A DNA stretch of 64,000 nucleotides from Nitrosopumilus sp. (GTDB lineage: Archaea; Thermoproteota; Nitrososphaeria; Nitrososphaerales; Nitrosopumilaceae), in contig OZ245003.1 in assembly GCA_965223425.1 (NCBI GenBank), positions 736,001-800,000 on the forward strand. Direction: 5' to 3'. Position 1 is the first letter of the stretch. The number at the start of each line of letters is the position of its first letter. The notes beneath the pieces were generated by a model. That model was not told the DNA's origin, did no database searches, and saw only the letters and a program-made list of their open reading frames with translations. Positions 10,918-20,773 of this stretch are shown here, piece by piece. A program made the position numbers and the translations under genes.

Positions 10918-11341
10918 TGAATTAAAGCAATTACTGGAACAAGCACATGACGGTGTCACCACTTTTGATTTTGATGGTAAAGAAACTCCCTGTATTGTTA
11001 TTGAAGAAAAGAAATATGATGAGATGCTCTCAAAAGTTTCCGGGCAATCATTATCAATTAGCACTGATCTAAATATTCTACAGGATGGATTAGGGAACGT
11101 TTTTGTTGAAATAGCTTTGACATTTTCGAAAGGCAATATCGTTGAAAAATTTTTAATCAATGCAAAAGATGACCTCATCTTTTTTGAAACCCTTGCAAAA
11201 ACATCAATGCTTGCACTCTCTTCCCCAAAATCTCATTATGGAAAGGATAATGTGTTTATGATTCAACTGCCTCGTCCCGAAAAAGCCCAAGACGCATTAG
11301 AAATTATTCAAAACGCATTGATACCAAAAAATCCAAAATAA
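10910..11341 (+). CDS. Hypothetical protein
   Basis: Overlaps the antiporter stop codon. Confidence 0.8.
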   Translation: MSDELKQLLEQAHDGVTTFDFDGKETPCIVIEEKKYDEMLSKVSGQSLSISTDLNILQDGLGNVFVEIALTFSKGNIVEKFLINAKDDLIFFETLAKTSMLALSSPKSHYGKDNVFMIQLPRPEKAQDALEIIQNALIPKNPK

Positions 11342-11342
11342 A

Positions 11343-11419
11343 TGGTGCAGTTACCGGGATTTGAACCCGGGTCACTAACTTGGCAAGCTAGAATATTAAC
11401 CAAACTGTACTATAACTGC
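11343..11419 (-). tRNA. tRNA-Gly(GCC)
   Basis: Cloverleaf GCAGTTA..CTAGC-TTGCCAA-GTTAG..GGTTCAAATCC..ACCA. Confidence 0.95.
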
Positions 11420-11620
11420 AACAATCCTAAAGGCTAAATTTGGATATTAAACTGTTTTTTAATCAGCATTTTTCATCATTTTATTTAACAAAACAAATAA
11501 TCCATTCTGATGAGAACAGCTACAGCATATGAGATAATCTCAATAACTCCAAAATCAAACATAAAAATCCCTGAAAAATTCCGACTGATGCTTATCTGAC
11601 GAGTCTGTTGGTAGTATAGG

Positions 11621-11836
11621 TTACAGCAATTTGATGAATTCTTTTTTTGTTAACCCACAATCAGAAGTTATCTGTAACAGTAAACCCCTGCCAAGTTCTT
11701 TTTTTCTAGGGACAGAAGCCCACAACCCAACACCATTTTCAATTATAATGTGGCTTCCAGTCTGCCTAACGGGATAAAAATTTCTTTTTCGCAATGCTTT
11801 GAGTATTTCCATATATCCTATAACAGGAAGGCTCAA
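11621..11836 (-). CDS. hicA: HicA-family toxin
   Basis: 'RQTGSH' motif, size, and position next to a HicB-like gene. Confidence 0.85.
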   Translation of the reverse strand: MSLPVIGYMEILKALRKRNFYPVRQTGSHIIIENGVGLWASVPRKKELGRGLLLQITSDCGLTKKEFIKLL

Positions 11837-12051
11837 AGTGATACGGTGATTAATTTTGATGCTAAATCTTTCTTTTTATCCTCAAGATAAGATTTGCATA
11901 GAATGATTGCTTTTTTGGTATCTGCCACTGCTTCTTGTCTAGTATCACCTTGACCTCTGGCTTGAGGTATTTCCAAACAATAACCAACATAAAATTTCCC
12001 GTCTTTTTTGATTAGAATATTATAGTCTTCTTTTTTACTCATATTTTTCAT
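11833..12051 (-). CDS. hicB: HicB-family antitoxin
   Basis: 'YVGYCLEIPQARGQGDTRQEA'. Confidence 0.85.
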   Translation of the reverse strand: MKNMSKKEDYNILIKKDGKFYVGYCLEIPQARGQGDTRQEAVADTKKAIILCKSYLEDKKKDLASKLITVSL

Positions 12052-12139
12052 ATGAATTTTAATTATATAAAATGGATCTAAAATTTGTATTGGGTTTCTC
12101 GCTGTCTAACTATTGTATCATAACAACTATCTGGAGTGG

Positions 12140-12402
12140 AGATCCGGTTTCTTTCTTGGCACCGGCATCCCGTATCTGAGGAGATGCCACAGGGACGAAA
12201 AGAATCCAAGGCCCATGCAGGCTGCTGGCATACATCATGAGAAAGGAGGATCTCTCAATACGTCAGATAGCATCACCTACCAACCGCAGCTATTCGACGG
12301 TACGTGACTGGCTTGTGCGCGTAAGGAACGGCAGGCTCCACAGGAGGTACGACAACCACAACGGAGGACACCCGTACAGGCTGGACAGATCCCAGACAAG
12401 GA
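12140..12402 (+). pseudogene. IS630 transposase N-terminal remnant
   Basis: 'RLLAYIMRKEDLSIRQIA..STVRDWL' aligns with 'RLLAYMQRKDGVPLDRIG..STISAWL' of the 22032-23141 transposase; frameshifted. Confidence 0.75.
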
Positions 12403-12899
12403 TCACCACTAATGGAATTAAGCATCTAGAGAACAGAATTCCTAAATTTATTAAATTCTCTTTTCCAATTATTATTTCAATTACAGCACTTTTAATTTCA
12501 ATAATTGCAATTATCAAATAACATAGAAATACACAGTTTGAAAATTATCCAAAATAGCCCAACATCAAAATGTAAATTTAATTTGCAAAGATAGCATCTG
12601 ACTTGGAAGATGCTAATGCCACTAAAGCACTTTGGCGTGACATTTGCTGACGGATTGGGGGGGGGGGATGGAGGGAGGGTAGATACAGCAGAAAGTTACC
12701 GTTTTATTGAACAAGGGCAATGCAAGGAAACTACAGTCTGGCTGCAATAAAAGATGTGCAAGTTTCAGAGATGGCAGAACGACACTGTCTGGTATCTGAG
12801 GAGAATGCAAGTATAGGCATGAAATACGCTTGCTCTGTTAAACAAAATGTAGAACATTGTGGCTTAAACTGTTTTTAACTATTTCAAACAACATCTAAT

Positions 12900-13163
12900 A
12901 TGGATGAAATTCTTCTAAAGAAGATAGAGCAAAAAATTCAAGACACGATTTCAAATAAAGATGAAATTAAACAATTAATCCAACTGCTCTCAAACCTTGA
13001 TGATTCAAAATCATTTGCTTTGGGCATTGTTGTGGGTAGGATTTACAATGCCTTTTACTATCAATCCAAACGCATACTTGGTCGAGAACCGACTGATAAA
13101 GAGTTTAACGAGTTTTTAGAGTTTATTAAAGACAAGAAATCTGATTTGGAAAACCTATGGTGA
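12900..13163 (+). CDS. Hypothetical protein
   Basis: TATA-like box upstream; core-like composition. Confidence 0.75.
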   Translation: MDEILLKKIEQKIQDTISNKDEIKQLIQLLSNLDDSKSFALGIVVGRIYNAFYYQSKRILGREPTDKEFNEFLEFIKDKKSDLENLW

Positions 13164-13673
13164 TAATTTATTCCAGTCAATAACCTTGATTGTCGGCGTG
13201 CCTGGTAATTTTACACATGCCCCTTTGAGTGCCTTCTTTGCGGCATTAAGGTGATCCTCCCCATTTACATACAACTCCATGATGCATTGGCCCTGTTTGA
13301 CCCTGGCACCCAAACTTGTGGCCTTGCCCCAAGCTCTTCTCATTCCTTCTGAAATTCTATCTGCACCGGCAGTTGCAATCTGTTTGTTCTCTCTTAGAAG
13401 ATTGTGCGGATAAATTCTGAGTCTTGAATAATAGCCTGTTTCACCAGCTGTTTTTTCCAGTGTTTTGTTTGCTGCCAACCTTGTTGATTCAATTGCCATA
13501 TGTCGAATCTGGATTTTTTCATTTAGACATAGTTGAACACAGTACTGATATGTTGATCTCTTACCGCCTTGGAATTTTGCAATTTTGATTTGTGGTTTTC
13601 CTTTGATGTACTCTTTTCTGGTAAAGACTTGCCCATTACCATCCCTATAATTGGCACCATGCATTATTCTCAA
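13155..13673 (-). CDS. rpl10e: 50S ribosomal protein L10e/uL16
   Basis: 'RIYPHNLLRENK..AGADRISEGMRRAWG..KLP'. Confidence 0.97.
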   Translation of the reverse strand: MRIMHGANYRDGNGQVFTRKEYIKGKPQIKIAKFQGGKRSTYQYCVQLCLNEKIQIRHMAIESTRLAANKTLEKTAGETGYYSRLRIYPHNLLRENKQIATAGADRISEGMRRAWGKATSLGARVKQGQCIMELYVNGEDHLNAAKKALKGACVKLPGTPTIKVIDWNKLSP

Positions 13674-13703
13674 ACAAAAATGCCCATATTTTAACGGTTA
13701 GCC

Positions 13704-14327
13704 ATGACTTGCCCATACTTTCCAATGCTTATATGGAAATCCTTTGATTTTCTTTTCATCATGGAAGACACTCTTTTGGTCAGGGGCACTATGATTTCGG
13801 GCCAGACTTGTATTTCTGATAAGGAGATGATCCATGAACTTGAACAAAAGGGCTATGGAGATCTTGAAAAGGAAAAACTGTTCCTAAAAGAGTTTGAAAC
13901 CCTTTACTTGCTTTACACTAAGAGACTGATTCTAAAGAAAGGACAGAAACAAACTGATTTTGACTCCTTCATGAATCTTTGTCAAAAAAATGATTCTGAG
14001 ATTCTTACTAAATTCTTGATATACCGTGATCTTCGAAATCGCGGATATGTTGTTAAAGACGGATTTGGATTCGGTTCGGATTTCAGGGTTTACGAAAGAG
14101 GCCACTTTGGTGAAAAAGGCGCAAAATTTTTAATTTTTGGGTTCAACGAAGGACAAAAGGAAAAAATGGGAAACCTTCAAAAAAAAATTGAAGAGATTAC
14201 TCATATGGGAAAAGAGCCAATAGTTGCAGTAATTGAACGACGTGGGGAAGTCATCTATTATAAAATCAACAAAATGAATTTCTATGAAAACAAATCTAGA
14301 CTGGAAGAAGAGTCATTTCAACTTTAA
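13704..14327 (+). CDS. endA: tRNA-splicing endonuclease subunit (start probably 13761)
   Basis: 'IYRDLRNRGYVVKDGFGFGSDFRVYERG'. Confidence 0.88.
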   Translation: MTCPYFPMLIWKSFDFLFIMEDTLLVRGTMISGQTCISDKEMIHELEQKGYGDLEKEKLFLKEFETLYLLYTKRLILKKGQKQTDFDSFMNLCQKNDSEILTKFLIYRDLRNRGYVVKDGFGFGSDFRVYERGHFGEKGAKFLIFGFNEGQKEKMGNLQKKIEEITHMGKEPIVAVIERRGEVIYYKINKMNFYENKSRLEEESFQL

Positions 14328-14983
14328 TCTTTCATTATCCATTCAGATGAATATTTTAAAAGATTATTTTGTTCTGCATAAATAAAATCATAAACTTCAA
14401 CCTGCTTTGTTTTATTTTCCCATAGCTCCTCGAAATCTTTTACTTTTCTTTCAACTCTGGATTTATCGTTCCATGATGTAAAGACATCCACTGATTCAAA
14501 ATCTCTTGTTTGAGCTGAAAACGACTCTTTAGACGTTCCTGTAAATGCTACTGTTTGGTCTTCACCATCTCTAAAAATTCCAATTCTTTCTGAAAACGTA
14601 TCCACAATTCGCTCTGAATTTGGGATTGCAATTTTTAATTCCACCTGTCCTTTATTTACAATGTTTTGAAGTTTTTGAATTTTAGTGTCTTTGATTAGTT
14701 TTCCTTCGAATGTTTTTGTATACTTTTCAGAAAAGAGTTTTGAAAACAGGGTCAAATCTGCAGTTCTAAATCTGTGACCTGTGATTATTCTTAGTTTTGC
14801 CTTTCCTGATGCAAAATTATCAAATGCGACCGAAAATGTGGATAACGTCTGAACTGACAAAAAATCAACACATCTATCATATTCTATACAATTGCTTAGG
14901 CACGGAAGAAAAAATTCTGCTACAATATCGTCTCTATCTGAACGATATTCTTCTTTGAGTTCAATTTCCCTTAAGCCCAACAA
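14324..14983 (-). CDS. Stand-alone PLD-like domain (as at the N-terminus of PLD-helicases), HKD motif degenerate
   Basis: 'YRSDRDDIVAEFFLPCL..YDR', 'FSERIGIF..D..FTGTSKES' and 'FEELWEN'. Confidence 0.65.
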   Translation of the reverse strand: MLGLREIELKEEYRSDRDDIVAEFFLPCLSNCIEYDRCVDFLSVQTLSTFSVAFDNFASGKAKLRIITGHRFRTADLTLFSKLFSEKYTKTFEGKLIKDTKIQKLQNIVNKGQVELKIAIPNSERIVDTFSERIGIFRDGEDQTVAFTGTSKESFSAQTRDFESVDVFTSWNDKSRVERKVKDFEELWENKTKQVEVYDFIYAEQNNLLKYSSEWIMKD

Positions 14984-15235
14984 TATTGAGCCATGATTTT
15001 GTTATTTAAAGAAACAATTTTGAATTTTGTTATAGTTGAAGTGCTCCCATCGGTAATAACGGCGTTGAGTTTCTTATCTCTGACTTGTCACATCGTGTAC
15101 GCTCAAAAAGCCGTTGTCCATATGCGGCGCAAACGTGTTCTTGAACGTCTGACTAGATGAATCTTGGAGGGTCATTCCTTTTTAACACCACTATGGTAGT
15201 TGTCCATGTCTTCGTTTATACTTTAATGCCTTCTC

Positions 15236-15297
15236 CAGTAGTTGGGATTGTACCGTTCCAGAACAGATCACCAATCACCCGGTAGGCGGTGGCCACC
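15236..15297. mobile_element. Orphan ISH3-like end
   Basis: Near-identical to the end of the 36913-38216 element (CAGTAGTTGGGATTGTACCGTTCCA..). Confidence 0.85.
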
Positions 15298-15705
15298 TTG
15301 CATCCCGTTTCAAATCGTTCCATTTATGCCATTCACTCCAATTCAAATTAATGATTGGTATTTTGATTATTTCTTCCACAAAAATATTCTAAAACTATCA
15401 GATAAAAAATTTAGGAAATTATCTTGAGCCAATAACGGTTCTTGCCATTAGACAACCAGCTAAACTCATGCAATCTTAGAATATCACTGATTTCTCGCCA
15501 GATGTGTTTATCAATTCAATCTCTAGGAGTTATTTTGACAGAGTCGCCAAAACAATAAAAAATGTTACACGCGTACCAAGTCTGAAAACCCATATTTTGT
15601 ATCAACGTATAGAGAAATGTGTAACCTTGAATGTAACACTCCTCCAAAATCAGTGAAAACTCTCTAAGATGGAAGAGTCCAAATCTAGGCAACACCCGCC
15701 TAGAT

Positions 15706-16005
15706 TCACACTGCATAATCTGTTAGCAATGTGTTTTTTCTTCTATTCTCCCTCTTTATCAACAAGATTTCCTCGTTACTAATGTTGAATCGTAGCATGT
15801 TGTTTCCCATGTTGTACGGTATCTCATTTCCGCCTGCAAGCACTACCAGCGTCGTCACATTCTCATCTGGGTGTAATTCCCAAAACAAAGGCAGGGGATC
15901 GTCCATAACCACGTACCCGTCTGGAGTTCTGCCTACTATGAGCAGGATGGACGGGGAGTCATCCACCAATTTGACCGAATACACGTTGGTGTCTGACTGT
16001 AACAC
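15706..16005 (-). pseudogene. Fragment of hypothetical protein
   Basis: Protein-like ORF inside the island with no clear start. Confidence 0.35.
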
Positions 16006-16244
16006 GAAATCTCCGTAAAATTCTAAAATTTTAGGATCGATGTTGGTAACTGGATCACCACTGAAAGTCCACGACGAAGATAACTGACAGTCCGATACCG
16101 ATTATGATTGGTATTATGATTGATATAGTAACGTTGTTCATGTTCAATCAGATATCAATTTTAAAAATATAAAAAAATATGGTGGATTGTGCTTATGATG
16201 CCAGTAGTGCCAAACTACTTGCAGTGTGAGCGAGTCTGACATGT

Positions 16245-16510
16245 CTCAGTGTTTTAGTAAAAAATATCAAAAAGCAAAAAATAGTTTCAGGCCTACATAC
16301 AATTGCATTACGTGATAAGAACAAGAACACTCCCTTAGATTTTAGGGCGTACTTGACATCAATCAAATCTGTAAAAATTCAGATAATTGCATATGTGACT
16401 GGAATCTCAGTATATGGATTGTCTAAGAAAAATCTGAATAACATGGTGGTTCCACTTCCTCCAATAGAAGAACAAACCAAGATTGCGTCAATCCTATCAG
16501 GAGTTAATGT
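16245..16510 (+). pseudogene. hsdS: Type I R-M specificity subunit remnant
   Basis: 'SGLHTIALR..GISVYGLSKKNL..PLPPIEEQTKIASILSGV'. Confidence 0.8.
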
Positions 16511-16590
16511 AATAAACACTGTATTGTTAGCCACAAAAACACGAATGGGATTAGCAATATTTTTAATACTTTTTGTTATTATTAATCAGT

Positions 16591-16797
16591 ATGAGCACTA
16601 CAGTCCAAAAGAGAACGTATGATGTAGTAATAACTAAAGACAGTGAAGTTGGAGGCTATGTTGGTGCATGCGAGGAACTACATGCATATTCTGAAGGAGA
16701 TACATTTGGCGAAATCATGGAAAACATGAAGGAGGCAATAGAGCTTGGAATCGAAGATGAGCCAATTGAATTCAACATGCTCATAATCCAAAAATAA
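16591..16797 (+). CDS. hicB: HicB-family antitoxin
   Basis: 'GGYVGACEELHAYSEGDTFGEIMENMKEAIEL'. Confidence 0.88.
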   Translation: MSTTVQKRTYDVVITKDSEVGGYVGACEELHAYSEGDTFGEIMENMKEAIELGIEDEPIEFNMLIIQK

Positions 16798-17033
16798 TGC
16801 CAAAAATACCAAGACCTCCTCGTAATGATCTGATACGATATCTGATCAGAAAGGGTTTCTCTACAAAAAGTCAAAACGGAAGTCATGTAAAACTAAAAAG
16901 ACAAAACACAACCCTGATCATTCCAGCAGGAAGCAAGAGAATTAGACCTGGACTGCTTTTGCAAATACTTGGAGCCGCAGAAATAGACAGAAACGAGTTT
17001 ATTCAGGATTACAACAATGGTCTAGTAAAATAA
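16797..17033 (+). CDS. hicA: HicA-family toxin
   Basis: 'SQNGSHVKL..PGLLLQIL'. Confidence 0.88.
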   Translation: MPKIPRPPRNDLIRYLIRKGFSTKSQNGSHVKLKRQNTTLIIPAGSKRIRPGLLLQILGAAEIDRNEFIQDYNNGLVK

Positions 17034-17093
17034 TATTGTCGCCAAGATAGGACCAGCCCGCATCTGGCAAAGTCAGATTATGATGTAGACATT

Positions 17094-17672
17094 ATGGGGC
17101 TGGGCATGGCCGCACTAAGAAAAAAGCCGCACTATGTTATTGTGGGGGAGGTAAGAGGCAAAGAAGCACAGCAGCTGTTTCAGATTGCACTGACTGGACA
17201 CGGATGCGTCTCCAGTGTCCATGCGCCAAGTGCACAGGATCTGCTGACCAGACTTGGAGGCGATGAGATTGGAATTACAAAAACCCAGCAGATGAGCATC
17301 AACTATCTGCTCAACATACAAAAGGTAAAGACGCAAGGCAAGATCAGCAGAAAGGCAACATCGCTAACTGAGATTATTCCAGGCGTGGATGGACCTCAGC
17401 TGTATGAGCTGTTCAGCTATGATCCAGAAAATGAATCCTTTGAGCCACGTGAGACTGATGATGTAATAAAAAACAGCAGGCGGCTAGAATACGCAACACG
17501 GTTCTTGGGAATATCTGACATAACACAAGACATGCAGAATCGCATCTCTTTGTTGGAACAATGTGTAAAGCAAAAGGCGTACAGAATCAAAGAGACATTT
17601 GAGATAATCTCAAAGTACTATGGTGTAGCTGATCCTTCAGACACAGTCTTTCCAGAAGTACCTCGAAAATAG
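17094..17672 (+). pseudogene. C-terminal fragment of type II/IV secretion (VirB11/FlaI/TadA) ATPase
   Basis: 'ALRKKPHYVIVGEVRGKEA..TGHG..SVHA' present; Walker A missing. Confidence 0.8.
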
Positions 17673-17718
17673 TTCCTAAACACAGTCTTTCCAGAAGTAC
17701 CTCGAAAATAGTTCCTAA
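17641..17718 (+). repeat. 39-bp tandem repeat, 2 copies
   Basis: ACACAGTCTTTCCAGAAGTACCTCGAAAATAGTTCCTAA x2. Confidence 0.95.
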
Positions 17719-17719
17719 A

Positions 17720-17822
17720 CAGTAACAGATCAATTAGGGCAGTCCCAGAAGGCCTTCATGCACCACCAAAAAGACCAACTGGGACGTGACATGCTTAACA
17801 ATCCACGCATATATCAAGATGT
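17720..17822 (+). mobile_element. ISH3-like 5' remnant
   Basis: AACAGATCAATTAGGG and AACAATCCACGCATATATCAAGATGT match the reverse complement of 24484-24585. Confidence 0.75.
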
Positions 17823-17981
17823 CCTAGAGACAGTAGAGGCTGTGGAATTTGGTATCTCTTCAAGGAAGTGTTTGAGATTTTTTGCATAATTTCTTAATGT
17901 CTTATCATTTTTGATACCATCGAGAAATTTTTCATATGGATTGCCTCCTTCTGAGATGGTTCTTGAGTCAATTTCTAACAT
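17823..17981 (-). pseudogene. Tyrosine integrase N-terminal remnant
   Basis: 'PYEKFLDGIKNDKTLRNYAKNLKHFL' resembles the N-terminus of the 38450-39511 integrase; lies just downstream of the tRNA. Confidence 0.65.
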
Positions 17982-18025
17982 GTTATTTGTGCGTAAAGTA
18001 TCTATTTTAAGACTTTGAAGAGTAG

Positions 18026-18100
18026 TGCTCCCATCGGGATTTGAACCCGAGTCTTTGGCTTGAGAAGCCAAAATGCTTAACCGGACTACACTATAGGAGC
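18026..18100 (-). tRNA. tRNA-Glu(CTC)
   Basis: GCTCCTA..TTGGC-TTCTCAA-GCCAA..GGTTCAAATCC..GGGAGCA. Confidence 0.95.
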
Positions 18101-18171
18101 TTGATAAAAAACAAACACAATCTCAATTTAAAGGAAATGCTTGAATGAATTTGTAAAACTTTGTGGGTTGA

Positions 18172-19089
18172 ATGCTTTATAGAAAATTCAGCATACTGTA
18201 TTATGTGGATTTGCAAAAATTTGTCAAAGAACAGTCCTTGACTGATTTTCCAGTTGGGTTGGGAGGTTGTAGAAATTCTGATTTTTGTTTTGATTCATGC
18301 GAGTATGATCTTGTTGTTTTTGATGAAAAATCAGAGCCAGAAAAAGTTATCCGGTCCGGAGATGAGTTTGTAATCCTTCATCATGCTTCGCTGTCTGAAA
18401 CTTTGTCAAAAAAACTTCTTCAATATGACAACCTAGAGATAATTCATGATGAGTCTTGGGATTTACGAATGCTACTTTCCAAAATCCACGAAAAACATTC
18501 CTCACTCTTTAGTGATTTTGCAAAAAATTGTTTGATCGAGTCTTTGTTTTGCTGTCAAAAAACCAAAGAAGCAATTCAATCATCTGATGTGTTTGCCCCA
18601 TGCTGGCAAAAATGTGCTTCTTATTATCTAGCTGATGCTATATCTTCTCTAAACAATCAAAGATCTAGCCCGTCTCATATGCTAGACTTGCTTCGAAAAC
18701 TAGAAAAAAATCCAATCAATGAACACATCCTAGTTGTTGCTCAAACAGTTGGGATTGAGAGGGCCACTCCGACTTTGCTTGAACGTATGTTAAAGTCCAC
18801 CATGGGATTCTCTGATTTGATAGAAAAAAACAACCATTCTCAAATTATTCAACAAAAACATGATTTCTTTGTAAAAAACTCGATGCTTTCTGATTGCTAT
18901 TTCTATCTGGGCTATCTCAACAAAGAAAATTTTGTAAAAATCAAGGATGCTCTGAATCGTAAACAAGATCTTATCCATATTCTAAAAATTGCCTTTGATG
19001 TTGAGGCAGACCCTAATCTACTGTCTCAACAGGCAGACCTTGTACAGCAGTCCTGCAATGATATGCTGGAGATAGTTTCAAAAGCCTAG
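18172..19089 (+). CDS. Hypothetical protein (nucleotidyltransferase-like N-terminus)
   Basis: 'GLGG..CEYDLVVFD' motif. Confidence 0.75.
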   Translation: MLYRKFSILYYVDLQKFVKEQSLTDFPVGLGGCRNSDFCFDSCEYDLVVFDEKSEPEKVIRSGDEFVILHHASLSETLSKKLLQYDNLEIIHDESWDLRMLLSKIHEKHSSLFSDFAKNCLIESLFCCQKTKEAIQSSDVFAPCWQKCASYYLADAISSLNNQRSSPSHMLDLLRKLEKNPINEHILVVAQTVGIERATPTLLERMLKSTMGFSDLIEKNNHSQIIQQKHDFFVKNSMLSDCYFYLGYLNKENFVKIKDALNRKQDLIHILKIAFDVEADPNLLSQQADLVQQSCNDMLEIVSKA

Positions 19090-19337
19090 CATTCTGGCCT
19101 CTTCAGCTAAGCGAAATGTAAACAGAATATTCCTGACTATGGGCGTCTGCAAGAAATAGTGCCGGGAATCGACGTTACATCTTAAATTCGTGACTAAATT
19201 ATGATTGGCGACAAATTGTTGGTTCTCTAGGCAAGCCTCGTAATTTGTGCCTAAACTGAGAATGGTTCTGTTGCATCTTAGTGACCTAATCACAAAATAC
19301 GGATCTTCTCTGAATCAAATTTTATGCCTGATTCCTG

Positions 19338-19676
19338 TCAAGCAATGTCATATTTTGACCAACCAAAGACATCTTTTACAGTTTTTAATTTAATCTCAAT
19401 TTTGTTTTGTTTTTTAATCCGTTCAACCTCATTTATGGAATCCTTACTAAATTCAAAGGCTACTATAATTCCACTGGTTTTTCTGTCTCTTTCTATGGCA
19501 GTCTTGAACTTGTCAATCTCAGGCCGTCCTACCTTATGCTTCCATCTTTTGACCTGAACAGGAATAGTTCTAAGATCTGTCCATCCATCAATACCCAAGT
19601 CTCCAGTTTTTTTGGGATTAACTATGCCTTGCATTTTTTCCACTATGACAAGACGTGCAAAATCATGCGGATCCAT
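19338..19676 (-). pseudogene. Mrr-like restriction endonuclease domain (probably truncated)
   Basis: 'GDLGIDG..VQVKRW..VGRPEIDKF'. Confidence 0.75.
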
Positions 19677-20056
19677 TTTTGCTAGACATGAGAGTAAGTT
19701 TGGTGATACACCACCTTAAAAAATTAAAAGCATTGGGCCTCTTACAAGTAACAGATAAAAAAATTGTAAGAAAAGGTAACGACCATAAACATTTTAAAAT
19801 AATTCCAAACATATTTGTGACTCTCAATAAAATCGAAGAGAATAAAGAAAAAAGACTTGAGAAAATTTTCAAAAACACAATAAAATTCCGTGTTTTAATA
19901 GCCTCCTTTGCCTTTGCGTCAATTTATCATGAGTTTTTCAGCATCAAAACATCCGAAACGAACACATTGGCGATTCCTCTAACCATTCTGCTTATTGGTT
20001 TTATTATTCACACCATAATTTATTCTCTTCCAGGAAAAAGGAAGGAGCGCCAGTAA
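19655..20056 (+). pseudogene. wHTH regulator-membrane protein fragment
   Basis: 'VSLVIHHLKKLKALGLL' followed by a TM tail; 5' truncated. Confidence 0.55.
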
Positions 20057-20773
20057 GCTAAGATACAAGAAAATCAGTCCGATAATTGTGATGTTGAGCG
20101 TAACTTCTTTTATCGGATCCATCATTTTGTGGTAGCTGCCAAAATAAACTAGTATACCACCTAAAAAAAGGAGTGTGGCCAACAGCGCTGTAAGGATTAT
20201 CTTGGGCTTGTTAAAGAGATAAGGAATGAAACGGCTCTTTTCCTGGTTGCCTCGCTTACGCGTTCCGTCATCTGCATCGCCCTTTGCTCTCAGCCAGGAA
20301 AAAGGAAGGAGCGCCAGTAAGCTAAGATACAAGAAAATCAGTCCGGTAATTGTGATGTTGAGCGTAACTTCTTTTATCGGATCCATCATTTTGTGGTAGC
20401 TGCCAAAATAAACTAGTATACCACCTAAAAAAAGGAGTGTGGCCAACAGCGCTGTAAGGATTATCTTGGGCTTGTTAAAGAGATAAGGAATGAAACGGCT
20501 CTTTTCCTGGTTGCCTCGCTTACGCGTTCCGTCATCTGCATCGCCCTTTGCTCTCAGCCAGGAAAAAGGAAGGAGCGCCAGTAAGCTAAGATACAAGAAA
20601 ATCAGTCCGGTAATTGTGATGTTGAGCGTTAATCCGTCTATCGGGTTCAGCAACATACGATGTCCTCCAAAAAGAGCAAACCCCCCTCCTAAAAAAAGAA
20701 GTGTGGCCAACAGCACTGTAAAGATTATCTTGGGCTTATTAAAAAAAATAAAGAAGTGGGCGGCTAGTGCCAT
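19979..20773 (-). CDS. Membrane protein with three ~88-aa repeats
   Basis: 264-bp repeat period; ATG at 20773 overlaps the upstream stop. Confidence 0.6.
   Translation of the reverse strand: MALAAHFFIFFNKPKIIFTVLLATLLFLGGGFALFGGHRMLLNPIDGLTLNITITGLIFLYLSLLALLPFSWLRAKGDADDGTRKRGNQEKSRFIPYLFNKPKIILTALLATLLFLGGILVYFGSYHKMMDPIKEVTLNITITGLIFLYLSLLALLPFSWLRAKGDADDGTRKRGNQEKSRFIPYLFNKPKIILTALLATLLFLGGILVYFGSYHKMMDPIKEVTLNITIIGLIFLYLSLLALLPFSWKRINYGVNNKTNKQNG
20031..20630. repeat. 264-bp near-exact tandem repeat (~2.3 units plus diverged remainder)
   Basis: Units start at 20031, 20295 and 20559. Confidence 0.92.

Larger units (their letters stand above)
15040..18037. mobile_element. Decayed integrative element at the tRNA-Glu 3' end
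   Basis: 14-bp direct repeat AGTGCTCCCATCGG at 15040-15053 and 18024-18037; integrase remnant next to the tRNA. Confidence 0.75.

Noticed and set aside
17641-17718. Possible CRISPR arrays (also 26338-26420 and 33210-33260)
   Set aside because: The repeats are contiguous, coding, or only two copies, with no series of unique spacers and no cas genes.
17814-18071. 85-aa ORF spanning tRNA-Glu as an SSV-type split integrase
   Set aside because: Only the part from ~17981 looks integrase-like, and no complementary half was seen at 15040.
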